Source: Hemiscyllium ocellatum (Eukaryota). From it: a DNA stretch of 64,000 bases. Below the pieces are notes generated by a model. That model searched no databases. It was not told the DNA's origin and saw only the letters and a program-made list of their open reading frames with translations. Position 1 is the stretch's first letter. Every line of letters begins with the position of its first letter. The stretch is taken from the NCBI RefSeq assembly GCF_020745735.1, contig NC_083408.1:21419518-21483517 (forward strand). The letters run 5' to 3'. Of this stretch, positions 25,869-38,859 are shown one piece after another. The position numbers and the translations under genes are program-made.

Positions 25869-26764
25869 TGAACATAGTGACGATCTTCATCCTGCTTTAT
25901 AAAGATTGTGGATTGTCTCCATGCGTCAGACGTTACATGGGAGCCATGGCAGTGGCAGATCTACTGGTCATTATCCTCGACCTGATGTTGAGACACGTTC
26001 CCATTGTTTATTGGGAACAATTTCATTTTCTGAAGTCCATCCGTGTGTGTAATATCCATGCTGTCTTGCTTTATTCAGCCACTGACTGTTCTGTCTGGTT
26101 CACAGTCACTTTCACCTTTGATCGATTTGTGGCCATTTGTTGGGAGAAGCTGAAAAGTAAATATTGTAGTGAAAAAACTGTTGCTGCAGTACTGGGAACA
26201 GTGACTGTGCTGAGCTATTTAAAGAACATTTTCTGGTATTTTCTCTTCACAGGTGAGTATTTGTTGAGGAACACCCCTTGGTTTTGTGAGATTACATTGA
26301 GTGTTTATTCGTCTCGTGCCTGGGTTGCAATCGAGTTCCTCCACAACATTCTAACCCCGGCTCTCCCATTTGTCCTGATCCTGCTGCTCAATGCTTTCAC
26401 CGTCAGACATATTTTAGTGACTAGCAGAGCCCGCAGGAGACTCAGGTCACAGAAAAATAGGGGTGTTCAGTGTGACAGAGAAATGCAAAGTCGAAAAAAA
26501 TCCATAATTTTACTATTTGTGATCTCGGCCAATTTCATCCTGTTATGGTCAATGTTAATGTTTTTTTGTATATGGAGACGGATGTGGCGGATTGGATATG
26601 ACTCTTTGTATCTCGATTGGTTCGTCCTAGAATTGGGATTCATGATGCTGCTCCTCAGTTGCTGCACAAATACTGCAATTTATGCAGTGACACAGACCAA
26701 GTTCAGACAGCAGCTGAAGAATGTGCTGAAATACCCCTTTATTGTACTCAATGTAATCAATTAA
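25869..26764 (+). CDS. Class A 7TM GPCR, shark-expanded GPR139-like family; large terminal coding exon (TM1 second half to stop)
   Basis: Uninterrupted frame with VNIVTI (TM1), MAVADLLV (TM2), FTFDRFVAIC (DRY variant), ECL1/ECL2 Cys, RKKSIILL (TM6) and SCCTNTAIY (NPxxY variant). Polypyrimidine acceptor TTTGCCTTCCTCGCAG at 25853-25868 gives a phase-1 junction. The listed ORF start (TTG 25850) is intronic. Confidence 0.92.
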
Positions 26765-27869
26765 TCAAAGACCCTCATTAATCAATCCGGCCAAAGATTT
26801 CTCATTTTAAGTCAATGCTTCAGCAATGGAGCATACAGTCCCAAGTGAACAGACTGGGAATAACGTTGGCTTTTCCGTGAGTTACAGGGACATAATTCAA
26901 TATTCCTCTTAACTTAGGGACCAGTGAAAAAAATGCTGACTGTATCTAAAACTTAAATGTGTTAACGACAAAAAAATGTTGATTTAGAATGTCCTCAGGT
27001 GAAGGTTTGGATCATGGCCGAACTCGGGAACTGCGGTTGTTCTTTCCGAGCTTTCTCCTCTGGTGACACCCAATCTGATCTAACGTCCTTAAGTTACCTA
27101 CTTTCCTGTCATACCTTCTTTCCACTCTCTTACTGTCCCTTTCTGTCTCTTCCTTCCATTGTTATCTCTTTTACACTGTTTCTCCATTGGCATCCCCTTA
27201 ATTCTCTCTCCCTCCTCTGTCACGCGCTCCACACGCCTCTTCCACTCAGCTTCTCTCAACGTCTTGTTGCTTGGGGTACATATTCGGTGTGGGGGTGAAG
27301 TATGGCGTGCGGGACATGGTCACAAGGCGATTGTTCGAACTGGTGGAAGACAGGAGGATTTGAATAACAGAAGTTTGAGTTCCCCGGGATCAAAGAGAAT
27401 AATGACAGGATAAGAAAAGAAACAGAAAACAACATCAACAAAATTATGCTCCTGGAACAGATGTACTGCTGTCTGAAATAAATCAAATCAAAATAAATAA
27501 ATGGGAATGAAATGAAGACAGGAATACGTCATGTTTAATAGCTGAACTCAGTGCTACTCCGGAGACAATGAAATCCCTAATTTAAAGATGGCTGCTTCTG
27601 ACATTCCTGTCAGTGCAAGAGTGCAGTTGATAAAGGACAGAAACGACAGAGTAAGACCAACATAAAACGTCAGTACCTCCCGACAAGCTCGGGATCAAAC
27701 TTATAGTGAGACATAAGGTATTTTAGAACGCAGCCAATTGGTTCATGTGTGTTTTCCATGATGTATACGAATCCTTAACGTATGTAGTGAAAACAGTCAT
27801 GGGAAAGCACTGCATTGTTTTCACACAAACAGCTGCATTTCCCTTGTCATTCCGTCATGTAAATATCAG

Positions 27870-28480
27870 AAACACGTCAACGTACTGTTGAAAGGTTTCC
27901 AGAAGCTGAAGAAAGCGGAAAGAATCTGGTCACAGAAAGTCCAAATCCAGATGAATAGAACAGAGACGTGGAAAAATAACAAATCTGTCCTGATGTTGGA
28001 AATACTGGTCCAATCCACATCAGATAATCCAATCATATGTTGTGTGTCATAATTGTGACAAAACAACCATGCACTCCATGTGTTCAGTTTCAAATTGTCA
28101 GCAAAGTGTTGGAGTTATGTTCATGTTATGGAATTAGATATGTTGGAAACATTTCTTCCTCGAGTCAGACAGAAGAGCCTTTTGTAGGCTGTCATTACAT
28201 CTTCCCACATGGTGAGAGACCATTCGATCCATGATGGGTTTTTTTTGTGTTTAGCAACTCCTGCTAAGCCAATCCGCAACACTCACTGTGTCAACTAACT
28301 TTCTCCTCATCTTCCTGGCCACGCCAAGGGAATTTTTTCGAGAATTTGAAATGACGTAAAAAGTTGCATAGATTTTACGTCAGGGTTCCTGTTTCTATTT
28401 GTGAATCTGCCTTGATATTTGTGCATAGACTTTGAAAAACGCAAATACGAAACTACAGTCAGATTCAGGTCGAATAAAGA
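27870..28480 (+). mobile_element. Possible very decayed Gypsy pol fragments
   Basis: Short motifs RFPEA, CTPCVQFQIVSK, EEPF (integrase-like) and TTGTGCATAGACTTTGAAAA...AGTCAGATTC (LCIDFRK..SDS-like RT). Order and spacing are imperfect. Confidence 0.3.
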
Positions 28481-29156
28481 TAGGAAATTCATACATCTCA
28501 TCGAATACTGAGCATCCTGGCAGTTTGGGGCAAAAGAAAATATAATGTTCCGAGGAATGCAAATTATAGCGTTGACTCATGAGGAGTCCTTCGCCATTTT
28601 CTTAACATGGAATTCTTCCTCATGTTTGGGAACCCATTCTTGCGATGTTTGGACCTTTTGGTTTAGGGAATTCTAGAAACGTCGTTGCTATGGATTGGGC
28701 CAGAACCCCTCAAAACATTTCCAGAATGTATCCGGGAACCTTACTTTACTAGACTCTTTCTTTTGCACATTTGTATATGGATACACCAGGAGTAATGCAG
28801 CGGGCCCAACCGCTGCGTTCTGAACAAAATAGAATTTATTTTCAAGTTCAACGAATGAAATGCAAAGAAAAGAGAACAAAATGCAACATAAATTATCCAA
28901 AAACCTCCACAGACTATCCAAATTAATGATGCTGCTACATATACTTTCAACCACCCTCGCAAAAAATCAAGTACAGAAGAGAGAGGAAGGATCAACATGG
29001 ATCTGTTACTTCAGTTCCAGGATCATCACCACAGACTGCCTGCTAAAACTTAACCACGCAACAGTAATGATTTAGAGGTGCTAATGTTTGACTGGGCTGT
29101 ACAAAGTTAAAAATTCACATGATGCCAGGTTATAATACAACAGGTTTATTTGAAAG

Positions 29157-29191
29157 TACTAGCTTTCGGAGCGCTGTTCCTTCATCAAGTA
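29157..29191 (-). ncRNA. Minimal hammerhead motif, family B, left arm
   Basis: TAC-TTGATGA-A-GGAAC-AGC-GCTCC-GAA-AGCT-A-GTA; C3 changed to U and one stem II mismatch. Confidence 0.55.
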
Positions 29192-29701
29192 GATGCAGAG
29201 TACGAGGTTGTAAGACACAGAATTTACAGCAGAAGTTTACATTGTGATGTAACTGAAATTATGTATTGAAGAGGACCTGGATTGTTTCTTAAGTATCTCA
29301 TCTTTCATGTTTCAGTTCTTTCACATGTTAATCCCAGAACTTCTTTTAAGAAAGTATATTCTCAAGTGATCATTAATAATAGGTGTCATGTCGTCTCAAA
29401 TAGTTTTCTTTTTAGAAATAGAATCAATCTCAACATTGGGCACAGACGGCCTTACACAGGGCACCTCACACCTTCAATGAATTATCTGAGGCGACATGGC
29501 ACCTATTGTTAAAGTTCATTTGAGAATATTTTTTTTAAAGTTCTGGGAAATACTCATGAAACAAGTGAAACCAACATGGTTATTCTAAAAGATGAGAGAC
29601 TTCACAAACAATCCAGGTATTTTTCAATATATAATTTCAGTTGCATCATACTATAAACGTATGCTATAAATTCCGTGTATTACGGTCTTATACTCCACAA
29701 C

Positions 29702-29736
29702 CACCTGATGAAGGTGCAGCACTCTAAAAGCTAGTG
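29702..29736 (+). ncRNA. Minimal hammerhead motif, family B, right arm
   Basis: CAC-CTGATGA-A-GGTGC-AGC-ACTCT-AAA-AGCT-A-GTG; G12 changed to A (CpG-type decay) and stem II damaged. Confidence 0.55.
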
Positions 29737-31119
29737 TTTCCAAATAAACCTATTCGACTATAACCTAGAGTTATGTGATTTTTAACTTTGTAAACCAAGG
29801 TAAATATGAGCTTGGAGAACTGGTTACTGTCCTTATATTGCACAAGTGTTTTGTTTTTTCACTTAAAAGCTTTTTCAAGTAGATCAATCCCCAACATTTT
29901 AGAACCAGTATCTGTACGGCTTCCTGACAAAATAATACAAAGGACAACATAACATTATTAAAGGAAAAGTATCGTCACACCTTCCCCTCAAAAGGAGAAT
30001 CATTAATATCAAAAGATGGCTTAATTTTAAAATCCATTAACCTTAATTTGTTAGTACACTACAACACCCATACACCTTATGTTGACTAGAATCAAGCTAG
30101 CATGGACTATTACATTATATTCCAACCTATTTTACTCCTGCTACTGAACAACTCTGTTTCTCGTTCTAATCGTGACAATGAGTCAGCAGCAAAGTTTATT
30201 TTCAAATTGAACGGCTGTAGCATCAACTTCCACCTAAACAGTCTGGAATTTTTGTCCTTCAATTTCTGTAGAAACGTCAATGGGCTCTGGTCAGTGTATT
30301 GGTTATCTCAGATACGTTACTGGTAACATACAGATTGAAATGTTGTAATGCCAACAACAACCACAAGGTCTGCATCTGAACAGTCGAATATCTCTGCTGA
30401 TGAATATTCAATTTACTGGAGATCTAACCGATAGGTCGTTTTTTATTTTCTTCGTTGATTTCTCATGAGAGCACAGCACCAACAACCACAACACTCACTC
30501 TGATGGCCGCTTTGATAAGTTTTGCTCAATTAGGTGTGGCGATGAGGGGTGCAGTGGGAAAACATATCTTCAAGAATGTCAAATGCCTTCTAAAATTCCG
30601 CTGTCCACTGAAGCTGCTTGGCTGTCTTTAACAGTTCAATGCGTGGAGCAGCCACACAGCCAAAATTTGGGACAAATATTCGATCAAATGCACTCAAGCC
30701 CAGGAATCACTATACTGCACTTTTGCCAAAGGTATGGCAATCTCGCCAATTAATTTTGTTACTGTATTGCATGGGACCAATTGTCTACGTCCAATAACGT
30801 GGCACAAGAAGATGACTTGGCCTTTGCTATGTTCAGTTCTAGTCACGTATACTACCAAGTCTGCCTCCCAAAGTCGATCGAACAAGTCTGATAAATGTGG
30901 CAAACCTTCCTTCCATGTATGACTTAAATTCACCACGAAATCGACACATTCAACACAATCGGCTAATCTGGAAATGACCTTAACAGAATCATGGAGTCCC
31001 CACAGTGTGGAATCAGGTCATCTGGCGCTCTCCAAAGTTTAACCCTCCCAGACCCATTTTTCACCTCAATTACTCTACATTTCTTCTGAGTGATATACGA
31101 AACCGACACATTCCTGAAC

Positions 31120-31323
31120 ATTATGGGCAATTTAGCATGGCTAATTCACATAGCCTTACACATATTTGTACTGTGTGATGATACAGTAGCAACCGGAGGA
31201 TATTCATGAAGACACGGTGAGAATGTGCAAACTCCAAATGGACAGTCACCCGAGGATGAAGTCAAACTCGTGACCCTGGTGCTATGAGATAGCATTGCTA
31301 ACCACTGAATTACCATGCCGCCC
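31120..31323 (-). mobile_element. HE1 SINE, older 5' portion
   Basis: Reverse complement GGGCGGCATGGTAATTCAGTGGTTAGCAATGC...CCATGCTAAATTGCCC. Confidence 0.85.
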
Positions 31324-32357
31324 GTCGAGTTATTGTGGCGCCTGTGCGTCATTTCCATGGATAGTCGATTAAATGCGGCAAAATGTGTGCAAAATGGCAT
31401 TTCAGGAACGGACTAAGAAGTATTTTTCAACTCCTAATATCGAGATTTAATAACGCTCTTGATGGTTGGAGCACCAAGTTTGAACGCTGGTCTTCCAAAC
31501 AATCGAAGAAACTGAGGAGTGGGAATTAACCCATGGCTCTCAAATTGGCTGGAAATCTGCATCATTCGAAACCTGGTTTCTCTTGAATCCTCGCTGGAAC
31601 TTTCTATTTTGATTTCAAAGATATGGAATCCTGCGGGGCCGGAGCAGAAATTTGATAGTTTTGTTTATGTTTTAAACCAGGAAGGTTATTTAATTGGCAT
31701 TGTCCTGAGCAATTAACCATCGAATGGCTAACTCCGTGGTTTCTTTTTTTAAGTGGAAACAGGCGCAGTGCATGTAGAAGTTATTTCTGTCTGCAAAAAA
31801 AACTGAGCCTTGTATAGTAACGCACACACTTTCCAGTGCACACAAATGCACCACGCTGTAAACTGGATAGACAACTCTAAATTGATCGTACAAGGCAGGT
31901 GGCTGGAATAATACAGCAAACCAGGCAGTATCAGGAGGTGCAGAAGTGGACATTTCGAGTATAAGCTTTCTTCAGGGGTATTTCTAAACTCTAAATTGAC
32001 CGTCAGTGTAATTATTAGTAAGTAGCAATTGTAATTAATAACTATGGAATACTTTGAAAATGGTTTCCAATTGCAGACCTACATCAAGTGCTGATCACCA
32101 TGGTTGTCAGTTTCCAATCGTGGACCTGTTGAGTGTGGCCTGTACCTTGTCGTTGCAAATGCACAAAGAGAAATGCTATGTGATGTTATCAGCCAGACCT
32201 CGGGTATATAGCCTACATGCCTGGCATTGCATTGATAATAAAACCATTTCGCACTTTTCGGTGATTGGCCAAACTTTTTTTTGGTTGGAAAGTATCATTC
32301 TGTTAGCGTTGCAGACCGATCTTGTTATTCCATATTGTAATAGCACATTGAACCTCT

Positions 32358-32480
32358 AAGTGATTAGTATGTTGCCTCATATTGCCAGTGACCCAGGTTC
32401 GATTCCATCTTTGGGCGGCTGTCCGTGTGGAGTTTGTACATTCTCCCCGTGTCTGTGTGAGTTTCCTCCCACAGTCCAAT
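32358..32480 (+). mobile_element. HE1 SINE fragment
   Basis: GACCCAGGTTCGATTCC...GTGTGGAGTTTGTACATTCTCCCCGTGTC. Confidence 0.8.
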
Positions 32481-32582
32481 GATGGTTTTGACAGGGATTT
32501 GGACAGGTTTGAACAAGTCCAGTCCGTGATATGGAGAGATTTGAACAGATTTGCAGTACGACAGACAACAACAGAGTTAAAC

Positions 32583-34630
32583 ACAGAACATAGAACATAG
32601 AAATGTTCAGCACATAACAGGCCCTTTGTCCAACGATGTTCTGCCACACTTTAATACTCTTGTAAAATATACTCTTGTAACTTATGCATCCCTCTACTCA
32701 TTGATATCCATGTGCATGCCCAGCAGTCGCTTAAATGCCCCTAATGAGTCTGCTTCCATTGCTACAGCTGACAACGCATTCCATGCATTCTCAACTCTCT
32801 GTGTAAAGGACCTACCTCTCTTTTGTAACTTTCTCCTTATACCTTCGAACCATTAATCCTCCTACCAGTCACTTCTGTCCTGGGGAAAGTCTCTGGCTAC
32901 GGCCTCTATCTATTCCATCATTATCAGTGTATACCTCGATCAGGTCCACTCTTTTCCTCCTTCTCTCTCAAGGGAGAAAGGTCCGAGCCTATTCAACCTC
33001 TCTCCATACGACAAGCCCTACAGTCCAGGCAGCATCCTGGTAAGCCATCTTTGTACCCTCTCCAAAGCCTCCGTATCTTTCCGATGGCAGGGCGACCAGA
33101 ACTGAACATAGTAGTTCAAGTGTGGTCTCACCAGGGACTTGTAGAGCTGTAGCAAAACCTCGCAGCTCCTAAATGCGATCCTCCTGTTAATGAAAGCCAA
33201 AACAACATATGTTTTCTTAACAATCCGATCCATTTGGGTGTCAATTTCGAGGGATCTCTGTACATGAAGATCCCCCTGTTCTTTCACACTGCCAAGAATC
33301 CTGTCTTTACTCCTATATTCAGCATTCGAGTTCGTCCTATCAAAATATATCACTCCCATTTCTCAGACCAGCTCTGCATCCTGTCTATGTCGCGCTGCAG
33401 CCTGCAATAGCCACTGATACTATCGATGGCACCTCCAACCTTTGTGTCACCTACAAATCTACCAATCTACCCTTCAACCTCCTCATCAAGCCATTTAACA
33501 AAAAAACTACAAACAGCAAAAGCCTAAGAGCAGACCCTTGCAGGACCCCACTCAATGCTGATCTTCAGGTAGAATACTTTCCTTCTGCAACCACTCTCTG
33601 CTTTATGTCAGCCAGCCAGTTCTGAATCCAGATAGTCAAATCTTCCTGTATCCCATACACTCTGACATTATGAATGAGCCTACTGTGGGGAACGTTATCA
33701 AATGCATTGCTGAAGTCCCTATAGACCATATCCACCGCATGACCTTTGTCGACATTTCTTGTCACCTCCTCAAAGAGCTCAATATGATTTGTGAGGCATG
33801 ATCTGTCCCTGACAAAGCCATGTTGACTGTTATTAATCACAATCTGCTTTGGCAAGTACTCATAAATCCTGTCCCTCAGAATTTTTTCCAAAACTTTGCT
33901 GACAACAAACTGGTCTGTAATTGCCAGCCTTTTCCGTATTACCCTTCTTGAAAAGAGGAACCACATTCGCTTCCTTCCAATCCTCCGGTAGGACTCCCGT
34001 GGGGAGTGAGGAGGAACATATCCTCCCCAGTGGCTTAGCAACCTCCTTTCTCGCTTCCATGAGCAGCCAATGATAAATCTGGTCTGGCCCTGGGAACGTA
34101 TCAATCTTAATGTTTTCCAAAGTTTCCAGCACATCAACTTCATCAATCTTGGTCTGGTCAAGACTTTATCCCAGCTCATCAAAATTTTTATTCACAACGA
34201 GGTCCCTTTCCTTGGTAAAAAACGAAGCAAATAACTCATTGAGGGCTACCACTATCTGTTCAGACTCCACGCAAAATTACCCTACGCTATCCTTCATTGG
34301 CCCTACATTCTCCCTGATCATTCTGTTATTCATCACATATAAATAAACTCTCTTTGGCTTTTCCCAAATCCTGCTTGCCAAGCCTATTTCGTGCCCTATC
34401 CTGGCTCTCATCTGTCCATTTCTGAGCTCTTTTCCAGTAAACCTGTCATCCTCTAAAGCTGTGTTAGATCCTTGCTTCCTCCGCCTTACGGAAGCAACCT
34501 TCTTCCTTTTCATGAAAAGCTCGTCTGTTCTCATCATCCAAGTTTCCTTAATCTTACGCCTTCTTATCTGGATCAGAGGTACAATTTCGTGCATCACTCA
34601 CAGCAACTGCTCCTCAAATACTCTCCACAT
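32583..34630 (-). mobile_element. CR1/HER1 LINE, about 2 kb, 5'-truncated
   Basis: ORFs 33018-33359 (LVRPHLNYYVQFWSP), 33565-34182 (HGFVRDRSCLTN...YRDFSNAFDNVPH) and 33860-34132 (PGPDQIY); TTCTATG-repeat tail at 32583-32600. Confidence 0.92.
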
Positions 34631-36749
34631 GTCTGCCAAGCGATGAGAGCAAAAACAAATGTCGACAAAATAAAACATAAGTCAAAGCACAGAGGATTCT
34701 GGGTAATTTGATAAGTTGGATACAAAATTGGCTGACTGCTAGGAGACAGACGGTGATGGCAGAAAATTGTGTGACTGCATTGGTATACCACATTGAAAAG
34801 TGCTGGATAATATACGTAACATTAGTCCTCATAATTTACAAGAACTGAGTCCAGGAGTGACTGCTTACTCTTTGGTGGGAAAACATTTTTTTTCTCAAAA
34901 TTCTTCATTTACACAATTCTTGGTGTTTCGAATCTAAATGCACAACACCTCAAGGAAACAGTTCACTGCCATTTTGATAAGGTCACTTGGGGATGCGAAA
35001 TAAAAGCTTTCCCTGTCAATAAAGACGAAGTTCACTAAAAGAATAATTTAAAAAAAGATGCTGTGGAATATTTTCCTGAAAACATTTCACTAATTCTTAT
35101 ATTTTGCAATCGCATTATTTCTGCACTATTTTGTCCCAACTTATATTGGTTGCGATTCCTACTCCCCTCTGACATCAGAGGTAACAATCGTACCAATGGG
35201 AATGTCTTAACTACCATCCCAAACCTTGGTGAATGTGTCATCTTCACTTCAAGATGATTCTTCTTACTTGGGATGAATTTCTGCTGTGTCACCTGAGTTA
35301 CCCTCAGAAACCCCTAACAATGAAGTTCCACTAGTTCCCCTTTATCAAGAATAGATTATTTCCTCAAAGGACGATAAAAATGATTACAGTTGACTTCCTT
35401 CTTATCAAACCATGTTGGTTCTGACTGGTCATCGTAAAATGTTCTTCATGCCACACATAATAACCTTCAGAGGGAATATCCTCGAAGTAAATTGGCATGT
35501 AATTTTCTGTATTTTCCCTTTGTCCGAATTTAAACAAAACAGTTAAATTAATTTAGTTTCCAACCTGTGGAATCTTCCCCAAATCTAAGGAATTTTGAAA
35601 GGAAAACAAACAAATCAACTATTTATGTGGTTATTTTCTTTCATACCCCAGGATGTTGGTCATCAGGACTCATTGATGTCTCAGCATGCAGCTTGTATGA
35701 TTCACTCAATACGTCTCCCCAGTAATTATAATCTTCTTTAGATACTCACCTCTCCTCCATTTCCACATTTTTCTGCTGCTTATGAACGTTTAGAATACTG
35801 AGTAAGACCTATTCAATTCTCCTGCCATCTATTTGTTTTCCATTACTATTTCCCACATTCATTCTCTAAATGAAGAAGTTCCCTTCATGAACAGTTTTTC
35901 TTAGTATCTAGGGAAACTGCAAACGCTGGTTTTATATTTGGCTAGCTTTCTCTCATATTAAATGTAGTCATCATTTACCATTGTATATATTGCATCAAAT
36001 CTTCTAACCTGCTACCCATTCTGCAGCCATTGTATGTTTCTTTTTCATTTTTGTCATTCTCTCAAACTGTTTTTAGCTAACCATAGATGGTTTGCCCTCT
36101 CCTCCATCGATTCCTAGTTTCATGTCCTACTTCAATGCACAGCTCCCAATCTAGATCATCCTGCAACCACATCTCCGTGTGGACTACCAGAATATACTTT
36201 TCCATTTGGAACTTTGCTTTGTCATTTACATATGTGTGTTCCATCCATTCGTGTTGTGTCCCTTCAGTTACGTGCTGCTGTTTCCTAACCGAACTATCTC
36301 TTACAGTAAATTTCCATTTCCCATTTAATTTAAGATTGTAATACTAGTCTCATATTCAATCCTCTCCCGGAAAGTAACTGTAAAACCTATCAGGTTAGGA
36401 TCACTGCCGAAACTGGACATTGGAAACAAAATTTCGACAAGACTTATGGAACAAAAAACTTCAGTTTCTGCTGGATTTTGACACAGAATCATATTTCCAA
36501 TTCTGGCAAAGTTTCAGCTAATGATGGAGGGTATTTTAATCACTCTGATTGGGTGCTGTGCAAGTTTCTCCTGAGGCGACCTCAAGTCCAGTCCCCTCTT
36601 TCAACCAGTGGGCAGGGAAACGCGATTGTACATGGTCTGCAAGCAGTGGCTGGACGTCAATGTGCAGGCACAGAGTGAGTGTGAGGCCTGGGAAGAGTCT
36701 TCATGTCTCCTTTGTAAAAAAAAACATGCCTGTACCCAGACTGAATGTC

Positions 36750-36850
36750 AAAAACAGAAGTTGCTGGAAATGCTCAAAATATTTCGCAGCATCTGTGATG
36801 GAAATCAAAGTTAATGTTTCCGTTCTGGTGATCCTTGTTTCTGAACTGCG
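36750..36850 (-). mobile_element. Decayed PLE terminal repeat, family C
   Basis: Reverse complement AGTTCAGAAACAAGGATCACCAGAACGGAAACATTAACTTTGATTTCC, homologous to 14729-14770. Confidence 0.55.
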
Positions 36851-37199
36851 TGGGAACAAAATCATGAAAATGCTCAGGGTATGCCTCAAACTAAACAAGA
36901 AGGCAGCAATCGCGTGTTTAGTCCAATCATACATCGTGTTCACCACTTCTCCTTTAACAGGCCCTGTATTATCTGCATTCTCTTTGTCAACAACACTATA
37001 GGACAGGCAGTATGTGCAGCTGTCGTCCTCGTACTGACGCTGTGACTCTGACTGGGAGAGAATATTGAGCTTGAATCACCTTATGCTGGATTATGATGTG
37101 ATCTTATTATTCCATATTATTAAGGAATCTACCAGAGTGGATGCTGAAATAATACTTTTCCTTTTTAAAAAATAACAGTTCTGAGTGACACAGTGTAAA

Positions 37200-38355
37200 A
37201 ATGCAGGATCTGTGATTTAAGATTCAGATCACAATTGCAGGGATGCACTCGAACCATCGTGCCTACAATGGTTGTGTAACCTAAAGCCAATGTTCGCCTT
37301 TCCCCATATCTCAAAGGCAGAGACTGGTTGTAGATGGAAGGTATACTGCCTGGAGGTCAGTGGTGAATGGTGTCCCACAGGGGTCTGTTCTTGGGCCTCT
37401 TCCCTTTGTAGTTTTTGTAAATTATTTGGATGAGGAGGCTGAGAGGTGAGTAAGTAAATTTGCCGATGACACACAGATTGGAGGTGATAGTATCGAGGGC
37501 TGTTGCAGGCTGTAACGTGACATAGAAAGGATGCAGAGCTGTGCTGAGAAATGGCAAATGGGGTTCAACCTGGATAAATGCGAAGTGATGCATTTTTGAA
37601 GGTCGAATTTCAATACTGAATGTAGGATTCAAGACAGGAATCTTGGAAGTGTGGAACATCAGATAGATGTTGGTGAGCAAGTGCATAGATCCCTCAAAGT
37701 TGCCACAGAGGTGAATAGGGTTGTTAAGAAAGCATATGGTGTTTTGGCTTTCATTAGCAGGGGGATCGAGCTTAGTAACCGTGTGGTTTTGCTGTAGCTC
37801 CAAAAAACCCTAGTGAGGCCAACTTGAAATATTCTGTCCAGTTATGGTTGCCTATTATAGGAAAGATACGGAGGTTTTGAAGAGGGTGCAAATAATGGTT
37901 CCTCAGATGCTGCCTGGACAGGAGGCCTTGTCGTACGAAGAGAGGTTGACTATGCTCAGACTTTTCTCTCTAGGGACGAGGAAGAAAGGGGAGCTACTGG
38001 AGGTATACAAGGTAATGAAAGGCATGGATTGAGTTAATAGCCAGAGACTTTTCCCCAGGACAGGATTGACTGGCACGAGGGGTCATAGTTTTAAGATATT
38101 TGAAGGTAGGTGAAGAGGAGACGTTAGAAGTAGGTTCTTTACACAGAGAGTTGTGGATGCGGGGAATATATTGTTTACGGTGGTGGTGGAACGAGAATCA
38201 TAAGGAACGTTTAAGCAATTGCTGAACATGTACTTGGACAGCAGTGAATTGAGGGGTACGTAGGTTAGGTTATTTGTTTTTAGGTTATGAATAATCCTCG
38301 ACACGGCATAGTGGGCAGAAGAGCCTGTTCTATACTGTACGTTTCTATGTTCTAT
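37200..38355 (+). mobile_element. CR1/HER1 LINE 3' portion
   Basis: GVPQGSVLGP, KFADDTQIG (37455-37482), RLFSLG; tail TTTCTATGTTCTAT. Confidence 0.9.
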
Positions 38356-38859
38356 AACTTGAGTTAATAATCCAAAGTAATTCTTGCTTTGTTTGTATGT
38401 AACTCCAATCCATTCTATTCTGTTCTTATTCTTTCATGTATGGGGACAACTCACTATCTATTCAGGACCACCTATGATTTTGAAACGCTGCATTAAATCT
38501 CCTCTCATGTTCTCCAAGGAGAATCCTTTCAGAATCTTCAATCTATCTTCACCACTGAAGACATTCATTTCGGGAACCATTCTTTGAAATAAATTCTTCC
38601 ATCTCCCAATATATTTGCAATCCATAACTCTGAGTTAGTAAGGACTGTAGATGATGGAGACGTCAGAGTCGTTCAACTGTAGTGCTAGAAGAAGCAGAGC
38701 AGGCCAGGCAGAATCTGAAGAACAAGAGAGTCGATTATTTGACCATAAACCATCATCAATCCACAACTGCATCCACTACTCCAACTAAGTCCCAGCAAGT
38801 ATCCAGCAAGTTCTAATCGCCAACCACACTCCATGCTCCTGTTAATATAGGTGAGGACA

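Larger units (their letters stand above)
29078..29795. mobile_element. Foldback element made of two inverted PLE terminal repeats, inserted in the Gypsy LTR
   Basis: Arms about 29078-29400 and 29485-29795 are reverse complements along their length (e.g. TTAATAATAGGTGTCATGTCGTCTCAAA vs TTAACAATAGGTGCCATGTCGCCTCAGA). Confidence 0.85.
28686..31000 (-). mobile_element. Gmr1-type Gypsy LTR retrotransposon 3' relic: RT C-terminus, RNase H, PPT, 3' LTR
   Basis: ORF 30694-30936 (-) SHTWKEGLPHLSDLFDRLWEADLVV...GQVIFLCHVIG is RT; RNase H remnants TAPLIATPN..AAIRVSVVVVGAVL and SPLTFLQKLKDKNSRLFRW..AADSLSR; PPT GAGGGGAAGG (29980-29989) followed by TGTGACG at 29979; LTR ends ...CCATAGCA at 28686. Confidence 0.82.

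Noticed and set aside
26880-27010. Minus-strand PSPEDILNQH(F)LSLT resembling the start of Cmu4
   Set aside because: Needs a frameshift, lacks the Cys, has no polypyrimidine acceptor, and lies in the GPCR 3' flank.
27256-27486. Hydrophobic minus ORF RSIILLMLFSVSFLILSLFSL with an upstream AG
   Set aside because: Hydrophobicity is explained by T-rich composition; no family motif recognised.
36701-37080. About 125-codon stop-free minus frame containing EDDSCTYC (V-like YxC) and TATAGTG
   Set aside because: No nonamer at 12 or 23 bp spacing, no V framework upstream, and part of the frame is a PLE terminal repeat.
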